A stretch of 64,000 nucleotides of DNA from Planctomycetota bacterium (GTDB lineage Bacteria; Planctomycetota; UBA8108; UBA1146; JAJFFE01): positions 574 to 64,573 of the forward strand of contig JBCCHQ010000015.1 in assembly GCA_039028735.1 (NCBI GenBank). Direction: 5' to 3'. Shown here one piece after another: positions 53,816 through 63,304 of the stretch. The notes below the pieces were generated by a model that did no database searches, was not told the origin of the DNA, and saw only the letters and a program-made list of their open reading frames with translations. How positions within the stretch are numbered: the first letter of the stretch is position 1; each line of letters opens with the position of its first letter. Both the position numbers and the translations under genes were made by a program.

Positions 53816-54472
53816 GTGACGCTTCCTCCGTACGCCGAGCAGATTCGGACCGCACTTGCCACCAGCGCCGACACGCAGAACCCCTCCCGGCCTCAAGACC
53901 GGATGGCTGCAGTCGTGCTACCGCTGCTGGGCGGGAGCGCGCCATCGTTTGTCGGCATCCTGCGAGACGATCGTGGACCTCACGGGGGACAGTTTGCGCT
54001 GCCCGGCGGCGCTGCCGACCCCACGGATGCCAATAGTTGGGGCACGGCCGTGCGTGAGATGCGCGAAGAGGTTGGCCTCGGACAAGAGATGCTGCCGCTC
54101 GGGCAACTCGGGGAGTACAACACCGTCATCAGCGGCTACCGCGTGCTGGTTCACGTCGGCTTCGTTCCGACATCGCAGTCGTGGACACCGCAACCCGGTG
54201 AAGTGGAGGCCGTCCTCGAGATCCCGATTGCGCAACTGCTCCCCGACTTCGCGCAGATGCCGCAAGTCGACGATGTCTGGACGCTGCCAATCAGCAATGG
54301 CTTCGAATTCGATGCCCAACGCTTCGTCGTCGCGGGGGAGCTGCCTCCAAGAGGCCGCGGCCATCGCTTGCGAATGCAAGAACGGGAAGAAGAGATGCCC
54401 TTCATCTGGGGGCTGACCGCGCGGATCCTCTACGACTTCCTGCGCCTGGCGTGGCCGCACGACAGCGGCTAG
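53816..54472 (+). CDS. NUDIX hydrolase (CoA pyrophosphatase-like)
   Basis: Nudix box GGAADPTDANSWGTAVREMREEVGL. The start is re-called to the in-frame GTG at 53816, just after the upstream stop; the ATG at 53903 is the alternative. The longer track ORF overlaps the previous gene. Confidence 0.7.
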   Translation: MTLPPYAEQIRTALATSADTQNPSRPQDRMAAVVLPLLGGSAPSFVGILRDDRGPHGGQFALPGGAADPTDANSWGTAVREMREEVGLGQEMLPLGQLGEYNTVISGYRVLVHVGFVPTSQSWTPQPGEVEAVLEIPIAQLLPDFAQMPQVDDVWTLPISNGFEFDAQRFVVAGELPPRGRGHRLRMQEREEEMPFIWGLTARILYDFLRLAWPHDSG

Positions 54473-56049
54473 CCGCGGGCGCTCCCTCGCATCTTCGTCC
54501 CCAGCACCTTCGCCACCAACACCCGTAGATCTCGCCGCTCTTGCGCCTGCATCGCAGCCGTGTAGACGGTGCCGACGAAAACCACCGCCCCGGCGACAAC
54601 GCACCCAATCAGTGCCAGCCAAGTGTCTGGCACGATCCACTCTCGCAACCCCCACCAGACCGCCGCGGCAACCAGGGCCGGGAGCACTCCCGGCACCAAC
54701 GTCTTCGACAACCACACCGCAAACGGCGTCGCCGCGACCGCATTCCCCATCGGCAGCATCAACAGCGGGTTCAGAATCAGCACCGGGATCATACCGGTCA
54801 CGGCACCGCGGGCGCCCATCTCGAGAAAGCAGACGCAATAGATCGTGACGCCGAAGGCGGCGACGTTCACGGCCAGCGATCGCAAAGCGATCGTCTTCAG
54901 GCGCCCCTGCACCGCCGCCAGACGCCCCAGCATCCCAAGCGCACTGCGCAGCGTCATCAACAGCATCGTGACGCTCAAGACAGCGACGATCATCTCGATG
55001 TCGACGTCGAGGTGTCCCAGGTAGAGCGTGACCACCTCCCAGCGATACACGAGCAGCGGCGCAGCCACGAACGTCGCCAACCATAGGCTATAGCGCCCCC
55101 CGTTCAGATATGCCGCCCGCAAGCGATCCTGCTGGCCCTGGGCGTGCATTGCGACCAACGGGGGCATCAGCGGGTATAGGATGCTCTGCAGCAGTGTCTG
55201 CATGCGATTGTCGACGAAGCTCCCCAGCGAGTAGCTGACGACATCGAGCGGACTGCCGAAGTTCGTCAACAGCGTTGGTGTCAAAGCTTGGCGCGCCGAT
55301 CCGCCGATCCGCCGCACGAGGTTCCATGCGCCGAACGACAACAGCTCCGGAACAATGCGCCAGTCGATCGCCGAGAAACGAAAGCCGAGCGCCGGCACCA
55401 GCAGCCGCGTACACACGATCTCGGTCAGTCGCATCAAGAACTCAGCGGTGACCGTCGCGACGATGACCCACAATACACTGGTACTGACGCTCGTCAGCAG
55501 CACCAAGAGGAGGGTGCAGCGAATGATTTCCTTCAGCAATCCTATGACGCTGTGCACGACGAATCGCTGCCGGACGAAGAAGCCGACCGCAAACACCGCT
55601 GTTGCCAGTCGGAACGAGACTCCGGCAACGAGGATGCATAGCATCTTCTGCACTAGCGATTTCGATTCGGCAGTCAACTTCAGGAACCCGTCGACCTGCC
55701 AGGCCGCTACCAAACCGATCGCCAGCACCAGCCCACCCACACCGATCAACACCGGAAACATCGTAGACGCGATCGCTGTAACGCGCTGCTGATCGTCGCG
55801 ACTGTAGGCTTCCACGACGTAGCGCCCCAGGCTCGACGTGAAGATCATCGAGACTACCGGCACGAGAAGCGTCAGGCTCTGCAGGATCGATAGGTACTGA
55901 TACTGATCGACGGGGACGCGATCGAGGAGATACCGATTCAGCCACAAGAAGAACGAGATGTTGAGCAGAAAGGTCAAGCCGGTGCTCAAACCGTTGATCA
56001 CCGAGACCTTGCGGCTGATCGGGACTCGCTCGTTCTGTCTACTGCTCAT
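54469..56049 (-). CDS. Polysaccharide/oligosaccharide flippase (MOP/Wzx-like superfamily)
   Basis: About 14 TM helices over about 525 aa, with the N-terminal pattern VINGLSTGLTFLLNISFFLWLNRYL. Trimmed to the ATG at 56049. Confidence 0.65.
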   Translation of the reverse strand: MSSRQNERVPISRKVSVINGLSTGLTFLLNISFFLWLNRYLLDRVPVDQYQYLSILQSLTLLVPVVSMIFTSSLGRYVVEAYSRDDQQRVTAIASTMFPVLIGVGGLVLAIGLVAAWQVDGFLKLTAESKSLVQKMLCILVAGVSFRLATAVFAVGFFVRQRFVVHSVIGLLKEIIRCTLLLVLLTSVSTSVLWVIVATVTAEFLMRLTEIVCTRLLVPALGFRFSAIDWRIVPELLSFGAWNLVRRIGGSARQALTPTLLTNFGSPLDVVSYSLGSFVDNRMQTLLQSILYPLMPPLVAMHAQGQQDRLRAAYLNGGRYSLWLATFVAAPLLVYRWEVVTLYLGHLDVDIEMIVAVLSVTMLLMTLRSALGMLGRLAAVQGRLKTIALRSLAVNVAAFGVTIYCVCFLEMGARGAVTGMIPVLILNPLLMLPMGNAVAATPFAVWLSKTLVPGVLPALVAAAVWWGLREWIVPDTWLALIGCVVAGAVVFVGTVYTAAMQAQERRDLRVLVAKVLGTKMRGSARG

Positions 56050-56153
56050 GTTCGCATCTCCCGTGATCGGCGCAGTGATCTGACCGAGACTGGGGCGAGA
56101 ACACAAGAGCGTGGTTGCAACCCGAGACCGCCGCGAACGCTAACGGTCCCCCC

Positions 56154-56183
56154 TTGACAAGCATCCGGCCCCAAGCCTCTACT
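56154..56183 (+). promoter_or_regulatory. Candidate sigma70-like promoter for the gcvT-like operon
   Basis: TTGACA at 56154-56159, an 18-nt spacer, then TCTACT at 56178-56183, about 40 nt upstream of the ATG. Promoter rules for this lineage are unknown. Confidence 0.25.
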
Positions 56184-56224
56184 GAGACGGTCTGACTGCC
56201 CAAAACCCCGAACGACGGCGAACG

Positions 56225-57424
56225 ATGCCTCTACCGACCCCATTCCACGCGCGCACCGCGCCGTTGTGCGAGAGCTACCAGTGGAAAGACTGGAGCGGCT
56301 TCGCATCAGTGTGCCGCTACGAGACGCACCATCTCATGGAGTATCACGCGATCCGGCACTCGGCCGGGATCCTCGACATCTCGCCGCTGCAAAAGTACCG
56401 GGTCCGGGGCACCGACGCGGCGTCGTTTCTGGCCTGGGTCATGACTCGCGACGTGCGGACGCTAGCGCCGAGCCGAGTGCAATACGCGTGCTTCTGCGAT
56501 CCCGATGGTCATGTGATCGACGACGGCACAGTCGCCCACCTTGGCCCAAACGACTACCGGGTAACGGCAGCCAGCCCAACGTTCCAATGGCTGTGGCGCC
56601 AATCGCGCGGCTTCGACGTCGAGATCGAGGACGAGACCGATCGTGTCGCAGCTCTGGCTGTTCAGGGTCCGCGCGCTCGCGACGTGATCTACGCCGCGAC
56701 CGATGACGACGCGCTGCGGCGCTTGCGCTTCTTCCGCGTTGCCGAAACGACGCTGGCCGGATGTCGGGTGCAGATTTCGCGCACGGGGTACACCGGTGAC
56801 CTCGGCTTCGAGGTCTGGCTCGATGCTGGCGATGCCGTCAACGTCTGGGACGCTGTCGTCGCCGCCGGCAGCGACTACAGCGCCCGTCCCGTCGGACTCG
56901 ACGCGCTGGACATGACGCGCATCGAGGCGGGGTTCGTGTTGCAAGGTTTCGAGTACTTCAGCGCCACGCGTTGTATCGAGAGGCTACGCTCGACGCCGTA
57001 CGAAGTCGGTCTCGGCTGGACCGTCGACCTCGAACGAGACCCGTTCATCGGCCAACAAGCGCTCCGCAGCCGACAGCACCAACCGGCCTCCTTGCTGGTT
57101 GGCCTCGTCAGCGACTGGGAGGAGCTCGAGCGGATCTACAACGACGTCGAACTGCCCCCTCATCTGCCCGACGCGGCGTGGCGTGACGCCGTCCCAGTCT
57201 ACCTAGGCCGGCAGCAGGTCGGACAAGCAACGAGTGGTTGTTGGTCACCACTGCTGAAGCAAAACATCGCTCTGGCCTCGATCCACCCTGAGTATGCAGC
57301 GCTAGGGACGAGGCTCGAGATCGAACACACCGTGGAGTATCGCCGTCAACGGGTAACTGCGGTCGTCAGCCACCGCCCGTTCTTCGATCCCCCGCGCAAA
57401 CGCGGCAAGGAGAAACGGCGATGA
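56225..57424 (+). CDS. Aminomethyltransferase-family (GcvT-like) folate-binding protein
   Basis: HSAGILDISPLQKYRVRGTDAASFL and TGYTGDLGFEVW motifs. Confidence 0.8.
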   Translation: MPLPTPFHARTAPLCESYQWKDWSGFASVCRYETHHLMEYHAIRHSAGILDISPLQKYRVRGTDAASFLAWVMTRDVRTLAPSRVQYACFCDPDGHVIDDGTVAHLGPNDYRVTAASPTFQWLWRQSRGFDVEIEDETDRVAALAVQGPRARDVIYAATDDDALRRLRFFRVAETTLAGCRVQISRTGYTGDLGFEVWLDAGDAVNVWDAVVAAGSDYSARPVGLDALDMTRIEAGFVLQGFEYFSATRCIERLRSTPYEVGLGWTVDLERDPFIGQQALRSRQHQPASLLVGLVSDWEELERIYNDVELPPHLPDAAWRDAVPVYLGRQQVGQATSGCWSPLLKQNIALASIHPEYAALGTRLEIEHTVEYRRQRVTAVVSHRPFFDPPRKRGKEKRR

Positions 57425-58995
57425 CCTACGATGCGATCGTCGTCGGCGGCGGCCACAACGGCCTGACTTGCGCGGCGTACTTGGCACGGGCTGGCCGCAA
57501 AGTCCTGATCCTCGAACGCCGCCACGTCCTCGGTGGTGCGGCAGTGTCCGAAGAGGTCCATCCAGGTTTCACGTTTTCGGTATGTTCGTACGTCGTCAGC
57601 TTGCTGCGGCCGCAGATCATTCGCGACCTGCAGCTCCCGCGCTTCGGGCTCGACCTGATCCCGCTGGAGAGCACGTTCACGCCGCTGCCGGACGGCGACC
57701 ACCTGCTGCGCACGGCCGACCCAGAGTTCTCGCGTCGCCAGATCGCGCGCTTCAGTCCGTCCGACGCGGAGGTCTATCCAGAGTTCGGCCTCGCAATGAC
57801 ACGACTCGCGCGCTTCGCGCAGCCAATTCTCGAACAAGCCCCGGCCGACCCGCTATCGTTCGACCCAAGGCAGCTGCTCGAACTGCTGCGCCTTGGCAAT
57901 GACATGCGACAACTCTCCGGCGACGACCAAGCGCTGCAAGCTCGCTTGTTGTCCATGAGTGCCGTCGACTTTCTCGACCGCTGGTTCGAATCGGAAGTGC
58001 TGCGCGCGTCGATGTCGATCAGTGGCATCATCGGTACCTTCCTTGGCGTGCGCTCGCCTGGCTCGGCCTACGTACTGCTGCATCACTACATGGGGGACAT
58101 CGACGGCGCGTTTCGCTCGTGGGGCATCTCCCGCGGCGGCACTGGGCAGGTGAGCATGGCGATGGCTCGTTCGGCGCAACACTACGGCGCTGAGATTCGC
58201 ACCGAAGCTGGGGTGTCGAAGATCATCGTCGAGGATGGGATCGCCCGTGGCGTTGTTCTCGACAATGACGAGGAGATCCGCGCGTCGACGGTGATCTCCG
58301 GCGTGGATCCGCGTCGCACCTTCCTCGGACTCGTCGGACGCGAGCATCTCGAAGACGATTTCGTGACTGGACTCGAGCGTTACAAGTACCGCGGCAGCTC
58401 TGGCAAGGTGAACCTGGCCCTCGATCGGCTCCCAGAGTTCAAGAGCTTGCCAGGCGACGGGCAGCACCTGCGCGGAGACATTACGATTGCACCAGGAATC
58501 GACTACCTCGAGCGCGCCTACGATGAGGCCAAGTACGGTGCGTATTCGCGACGTCCATTCCTCGACATCGTCATCCCGTCGCTACTCGACCCGACCGTTG
58601 CGCCTCCAGGCAAACACGTCATGTCGATCTTCGTGCAGTATGCGCCGTACCATCTCAGTGGCGGAGCAGAGACTTGGCCGCAACACCGCGAAGCATTCGG
58701 CGACACGGTCATCGATACTTTGTCTGAATACTGCCCTGGAATCGCCGACAGCATCCTCCACCGGCAAGTGTTGACGCCTTGGGATCTGGAGCAGGAGTTC
58801 GGCCTGACAGAAGGCAACATCTTCCACGGCGAACTGGGGGTCGATCAGCTCTTCTTTCAACGGCCGATCCCCGGTTGGAGTCGCTATCGGTCTCCCGTTC
58901 AAGGGCTCTGGATGTGCGCTTCGGGCACACACCCCGGCGGGGGCGTCATGGGCGCTCCAGGGTACAACGCGGCCCGCATGATCCTCGGAGGATGA
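57421..58995 (+). CDS. NAD(P)/FAD-dependent oxidoreductase, phytoene-desaturase (CrtI)/PYROXD2-like family
   Basis: Dinucleotide fold YDAIVVGGGHNGLTCAAYLARAGRKVLILE and C-terminal LWMCASGTHPGGGVMGAPG. ATGA overlap with the gcvT-like gene. Confidence 0.85.
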   Translation: MTYDAIVVGGGHNGLTCAAYLARAGRKVLILERRHVLGGAAVSEEVHPGFTFSVCSYVVSLLRPQIIRDLQLPRFGLDLIPLESTFTPLPDGDHLLRTADPEFSRRQIARFSPSDAEVYPEFGLAMTRLARFAQPILEQAPADPLSFDPRQLLELLRLGNDMRQLSGDDQALQARLLSMSAVDFLDRWFESEVLRASMSISGIIGTFLGVRSPGSAYVLLHHYMGDIDGAFRSWGISRGGTGQVSMAMARSAQHYGAEIRTEAGVSKIIVEDGIARGVVLDNDEEIRASTVISGVDPRRTFLGLVGREHLEDDFVTGLERYKYRGSSGKVNLALDRLPEFKSLPGDGQHLRGDITIAPGIDYLERAYDEAKYGAYSRRPFLDIVIPSLLDPTVAPPGKHVMSIFVQYAPYHLSGGAETWPQHREAFGDTVIDTLSEYCPGIADSILHRQVLTPWDLEQEFGLTEGNIFHGELGVDQLFFQRPIPGWSRYRSPVQGLWMCASGTHPGGGVMGAPGYNAARMILGG

Positions 58996-59000
58996 CGTAG

Positions 59001-60539
59001 ATGTTCGATGCCATCGTGATCGGTGCTGGCACCAACGGACTCAGCGCTGCAGCTCGCCTCGCGCGTTCAGGGGTCCGGGTCGCAGTTGTCGAGCAGCGTC
59101 CTGTAGTTGGCGGGCTGGCCGCCCGCGAAGAATTCCATCCCGGCTACTTCACGCCTGGAATTCTGCATGACTCGAGCCGCGTAGCCGCACGCGTCGTCGA
59201 AGAACTCGACTTGCAGCATCACGGACTCAAGCGCCGCGCTTCGCGGCTGCCCGTCTACTCTCCGGCCATTGACGGCACCGACTTGCTGCTCCATGCCGAT
59301 CCTGAAGTCGCAGGCAAGGAGCTGGGCGCGTTGTCGCTGGCCGAACGAGATGCCTATCGCGACTGGCGGCGCTTGCTCGCACGGATCGCACCGTTTGTAA
59401 CGCGCATGCTGTCGGAAGCACCACCGCAACTCGGGGCCACGTCTCTCAGCGCCGGTTGGGAGTGGCTCAAAGCGGGTGTCGGACTGCGCCGCCTCGGCAA
59501 GGACGACGTACGCACGCTGCTACGAGTCGCGCCGATGAGTCTCGCTGACTCGTTGAGCGAGTGGTTCCAGACAGACGTCCTCCAAGCGCAGCTCGCCGCG
59601 CCGGCGCTGCTAGGCAGCTGGGGTGGCCCATGGTCCCCCGGCACGACACTGCCGCTCTTGCTCCATGAGGCAACGGCACTCCCCGATATCGCCGGTGGAT
59701 CGCCTGCGTTCGTCGCGGCACTCAAGAGTTCCTGCGATGCCGAACAGGTCGAGTTCTTTCTGGGCACCCGGGTGCACCAAATCACTCTCGAGTCTGGGCG
59801 CGTCCGCGGCGTGACGCTGAGCAACGGCGAGACCCTCGATGCTCCGTGCGTCTTGGGCACTTGCGATCCACAACAGCTGTTTCACGATTTGATCGAACCT
59901 CGCTGGTTGCCGCCGCAGCTTGCTGCTGACATGCGCTGCCTCCGCGCGCGTGGTACGACGACAAAAGTTCACATCGCGCTGAATGCGCCGCTGGAGTTTG
60001 CACAACGGCCCGGTACCACGTTTGAGTTGATTCGCATCGGCGAGAGCCTTCGCGACCTCGAACGCGCTTTCGATTCGGCCAAGTACGGCGAATACTCCCG
60101 GACGCCGCATCTCGAAGTTCAGGTGCCCAGTATCGCCGATCCCAGCTATGCCCCTGACGAGCATCACGTTGCGTCGATCCTCGTGCACCACACCCCGTTT
60201 GATCTAGGAGGCGGTTGGACGGCCGCTGCGAGCAAGGGGCTAGGACGCGTCGTCTTGGCGCAACTCGCGCAACATGTGCCTGATCTGCTCGACCGGGTCG
60301 AAGCTATGGAAGTGTTGACCCCGATCGATTTGGCGCAACGCTACGGCGTTCCCAACGGCCACGTGCACCACGGCGAGGTTGCGCTGGATCAGATGTTTGC
60401 GCTACGCCCCAGCCATCACTGCAGCCGCTACGGCACCCCGATTCCGGGGCTGTTCCTCGGGGGTAGCGGCGCTCATCCAGGCGGCGGCGTCACAGGGTTG
60501 CCTGGCTTGCTGGCTGCCGAACGCATCCTGTTCGCCTAA
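59001..60539 (+). CDS. Second NAD(P)/FAD-dependent oxidoreductase of the CrtI/PYROXD2-like family (paralog)
   Basis: FDAIVIGAGTNGLSAAARLARSGVRVAVVE and C-terminal LFLGGSGAHPGGGVTGLPG. Confidence 0.85.
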   Translation: MFDAIVIGAGTNGLSAAARLARSGVRVAVVEQRPVVGGLAAREEFHPGYFTPGILHDSSRVAARVVEELDLQHHGLKRRASRLPVYSPAIDGTDLLLHADPEVAGKELGALSLAERDAYRDWRRLLARIAPFVTRMLSEAPPQLGATSLSAGWEWLKAGVGLRRLGKDDVRTLLRVAPMSLADSLSEWFQTDVLQAQLAAPALLGSWGGPWSPGTTLPLLLHEATALPDIAGGSPAFVAALKSSCDAEQVEFFLGTRVHQITLESGRVRGVTLSNGETLDAPCVLGTCDPQQLFHDLIEPRWLPPQLAADMRCLRARGTTTKVHIALNAPLEFAQRPGTTFELIRIGESLRDLERAFDSAKYGEYSRTPHLEVQVPSIADPSYAPDEHHVASILVHHTPFDLGGGWTAAASKGLGRVVLAQLAQHVPDLLDRVEAMEVLTPIDLAQRYGVPNGHVHHGEVALDQMFALRPSHHCSRYGTPIPGLFLGGSGAHPGGGVTGLPGLLAAERILFA

Positions 60540-60565
60540 TCGGTTGGAGCGCGCTCGAGAGCACA

Positions 60566-61903
60566 CTAGAAGTAGCTCGCGACGGAAACGACGACAGCAT
60601 CGTTGTCCACCCTATCTCTGTGCCAGTCTTCGAAGTTGAACTGGTAGTCGAACTTGAAAACCGTGTCTTCGGTCAAACGATAGTTCACACCGAACGTCAA
60701 GCGATCGGTACGCACGTTGTCGAGTTCGACATGATCGAGACGCCCGACGGCCGTAAAGGTGGCTTCGCCGCCGAAAGCGCTAGGAAGTAGATCCTCGAGC
60801 GGCGTCACCATGAAGTGGTAGTTCACCTGCGTGTAGAAACCCCAAAGATCGTCGGGTACGCCGCTCGCGCGGGCGAGAGAGTCACGCGAAATCTCGGCAC
60901 GCGCCACTTCACCGAGCAGCTCCCAACCCGCGAGACCATCGCAAACCGTAGCGCCGTCGAGGGTGAAGTCGAACGCGGTTAGCACCAGCCAGTTGCCACC
61001 CTTGTCGTCGTACTTGCCGGTGTGGTTCGAGACGCCTACTTCGAGGCCGAGGAACGGTGAGTATGCAATCCGCCCAACGACCGCCGTCGAGTTGTTGTTG
61101 TCGCTCTTCAAGCTCGCACGAGCATCGCGGAGGCCACTGCTGGTCGAAATCTCCGACGCGAAACCGGTCGGTGCGGTTGCGCTCTCTTCCAGCCCAGCGA
61201 AGCCGTTCACGAGGTAGATCTCGTACGTCAGCGCCGACTCTTCGTCGGGATAGATCGTCCCGAAGAATCCGGCCCCCGCTTCAGTCAGTGTCGACGGAAT
61301 CACCAGACGATCCACGAGCGGGCGGTCCGTGAGATCGTTCATCGGCGAGTCGTGGTACAGGTTGAAACGCCCGAGCGGCGCGAGCAGCGCGCCCGCACGG
61401 ACACCGAACGCTTCGTGAAAGACGACGTCCAGCGCCGCAAACTCGACGTTGGTTTCACCATCGCCACTAGGTGAATCCGAGCCGCCGTATTCGAACTCGA
61501 TCCCTGCCGCAAATCGCACTTTTTCGGTAAGCTGCGAGTAGATGAACGGGACGAAGCGGTGGTTGCGAAAAGTGTTGTCGCTCGACTGGGAATCGAAGTA
61601 CTCGAGATCGATGTAACCGCCAAGCGTCGTGCTGCGGGTTACGCGCCCCAAGAAGCCTTTACCGTAGACAGCCCCCAGGCCGAGCGAACTGCCACCCAGT
61701 GTGTCCTCGCTCCCGGCGCCAGCGATCTGCTCTTCGAGTGCCGCCAAGCGACGTTGCTGCTCGTCGTTCTTGCGCCGCTCTGCAGCGAGCTGCTTGCGAA
61801 TCTCAGCGAAATCGTCGGCGCCGCCCTCCTGGGCACCCACCGGAATCTCGATCCCGATACCGCCCCACAACAGCAGGCAAACAATCCAGCGACAACGCCT
61901 CAT
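60566..61903 (-). CDS. Outer-membrane beta-barrel porin-like protein with an N-terminal coiled coil
   Basis: Signal peptide, coiled coil EIRKQLAAERRKNDEQQRRLAALEEQI, alternating beta-strand pattern, and a terminal ..VASYF. Confidence 0.6.
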   Translation of the reverse strand: MRRCRWIVCLLLWGGIGIEIPVGAQEGGADDFAEIRKQLAAERRKNDEQQRRLAALEEQIAGAGSEDTLGGSSLGLGAVYGKGFLGRVTRSTTLGGYIDLEYFDSQSSDNTFRNHRFVPFIYSQLTEKVRFAAGIEFEYGGSDSPSGDGETNVEFAALDVVFHEAFGVRAGALLAPLGRFNLYHDSPMNDLTDRPLVDRLVIPSTLTEAGAGFFGTIYPDEESALTYEIYLVNGFAGLEESATAPTGFASEISTSSGLRDARASLKSDNNNSTAVVGRIAYSPFLGLEVGVSNHTGKYDDKGGNWLVLTAFDFTLDGATVCDGLAGWELLGEVARAEISRDSLARASGVPDDLWGFYTQVNYHFMVTPLEDLLPSAFGGEATFTAVGRLDHVELDNVRTDRLTFGVNYRLTEDTVFKFDYQFNFEDWHRDRVDNDAVVVSVASYF

Positions 61904-62208
61904 ACAATCCCTCCAAGCAGCTAAACATAAACAACTTAAGTATCTGCGCCCAGGTCTTGCGAGAACGGCCGCAGGACCGCCGAGTGGCGATTGCCGTCCT
62001 CAGAATCGCTTTGCCATACCAAAACATCGTTTGGGTCTTTATTGAAGAACCCAAACCTGAAGAACCCAACTCCACGACTCCAGCCACGCGGGGAGCCCCT
62101 CCCGACAGGACGCCCAGCAGGCGTTACCCAGGAGTGAGCTGTCCCCGGCAGCACTCACGGTTAAACTAGCTCCGGAAGACCCGCCCGTCCTCGCCAGAGA
62201 AGGTCAGA

Positions 62209-63291
62209 ATGACTCACGGTGGATCGAGACAGCTACTCGCACGCACAGGGACTGCACTCGCTTTGACGATGCTGGTCGCCGGCGCCGCGTGGTGGCTCGT
62301 CGACTGGGCCAAACCGATCCCTGTATCGCTAGTCGGTGAACCAGCCACACCAGAGACGACTCTCGCAGCATGGGACCCAACGCCCGAGGAAGCGCTGGTA
62401 GCTGACAGTTTCACCACTGACGCGGCACCTGCTCCTAACGTCGATAACACATCGACCGACGATGGATCGACGGTAGTTGCATTGCCCGAGCGACTGCCAA
62501 ACCGCGAGTTGCCACTTTGGCCCGACGAGCTCCCGCCAGACCGGCAATTGCGAGTCCGCATCCACTGCGACCTCGGTGCGATTGCCCCGACCTCCGTGCA
62601 CCTCGCTGGCGAACTGCTGTCGGCAGCCGCAATCGTCGACGGACAGGCAACGTTCCGTGACCTCAAGATCGGCTGGCACCGCGTGCGTATCGAGGCGCCG
62701 GGCTTTCTGCCATCGGAAGAGTTCGTCGTCAGCATCGCCGCGAACCGCGAAGCTTTCGCTGTCGTCGCATTGCAGCCCGCCCCCACGCGCGCGATCTCGT
62801 TTCGCGTCCGCGACGCACGGAATGGCGCCGGGGTCGCCGGCGCCCTCGTCGTCGCTCTGGGCAAGGACGCCGAGGAAGGAACGACCGACTATTCCGGCAA
62901 CTGCACGCTAAACGTGAGCGGACCCGTGCACGGCTATCGTGTGATTGCAACGGGCTACCTGACGGACAAGAAGTTCCGGCTCAGCGACCCTCTCCAAGAT
63001 CACTTCTCCGTCGATCTTGCAGCGCAGGGTGCGACCGTCGAGCTGCAACTGTTCGAACCGACTGATTCCTCGGGTAGCACCGCAGTGGCGGCCTATCAGC
63101 AAGACGGCGAGAGTTGGAACTACGTCAACAGCTCGGCTGCGAACCCCGATGGTGTAGCAACGCTCGATGACTTGCCTCCCGGCAACTATCAGTTTCGCTT
63201 CTCGCGCAACGGCCGCCCCCTCCCCGACAGCACCCTGAGCGTCTCCGTCAACCTCGGCGAGTGGCGCAGCGTGCGGCACACGGTGCAATGA
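62209..63291 (+). CDS. Membrane-anchored protein with carboxypeptidase-regulatory-like (Ig-like beta-sandwich) repeats
   Basis: N-terminal TM segment TALALTMLVAGAAWWLV. Repeats resemble VRIEAPGFLPSEEFVV, VAGALVVALG...DYSGNC and YRVIATGYLTD. Confidence 0.5.
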   Translation: MTHGGSRQLLARTGTALALTMLVAGAAWWLVDWAKPIPVSLVGEPATPETTLAAWDPTPEEALVADSFTTDAAPAPNVDNTSTDDGSTVVALPERLPNRELPLWPDELPPDRQLRVRIHCDLGAIAPTSVHLAGELLSAAAIVDGQATFRDLKIGWHRVRIEAPGFLPSEEFVVSIAANREAFAVVALQPAPTRAISFRVRDARNGAGVAGALVVALGKDAEEGTTDYSGNCTLNVSGPVHGYRVIATGYLTDKKFRLSDPLQDHFSVDLAAQGATVELQLFEPTDSSGSTAVAAYQQDGESWNYVNSSAANPDGVATLDDLPPGNYQFRFSRNGRPLPDSTLSVSVNLGEWRSVRHTVQ

Positions 63292-63304
63292 TCGCAGGAA
63301 CTTC

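Noticed and set aside
56107-56224. Glycine riboswitch upstream of the gcvT-like gene
   Set aside because: I could not find the conserved glycine-aptamer core segments (GGAGAG ... ACCGAAGGGGCAA-like) in the 118-nt leader.
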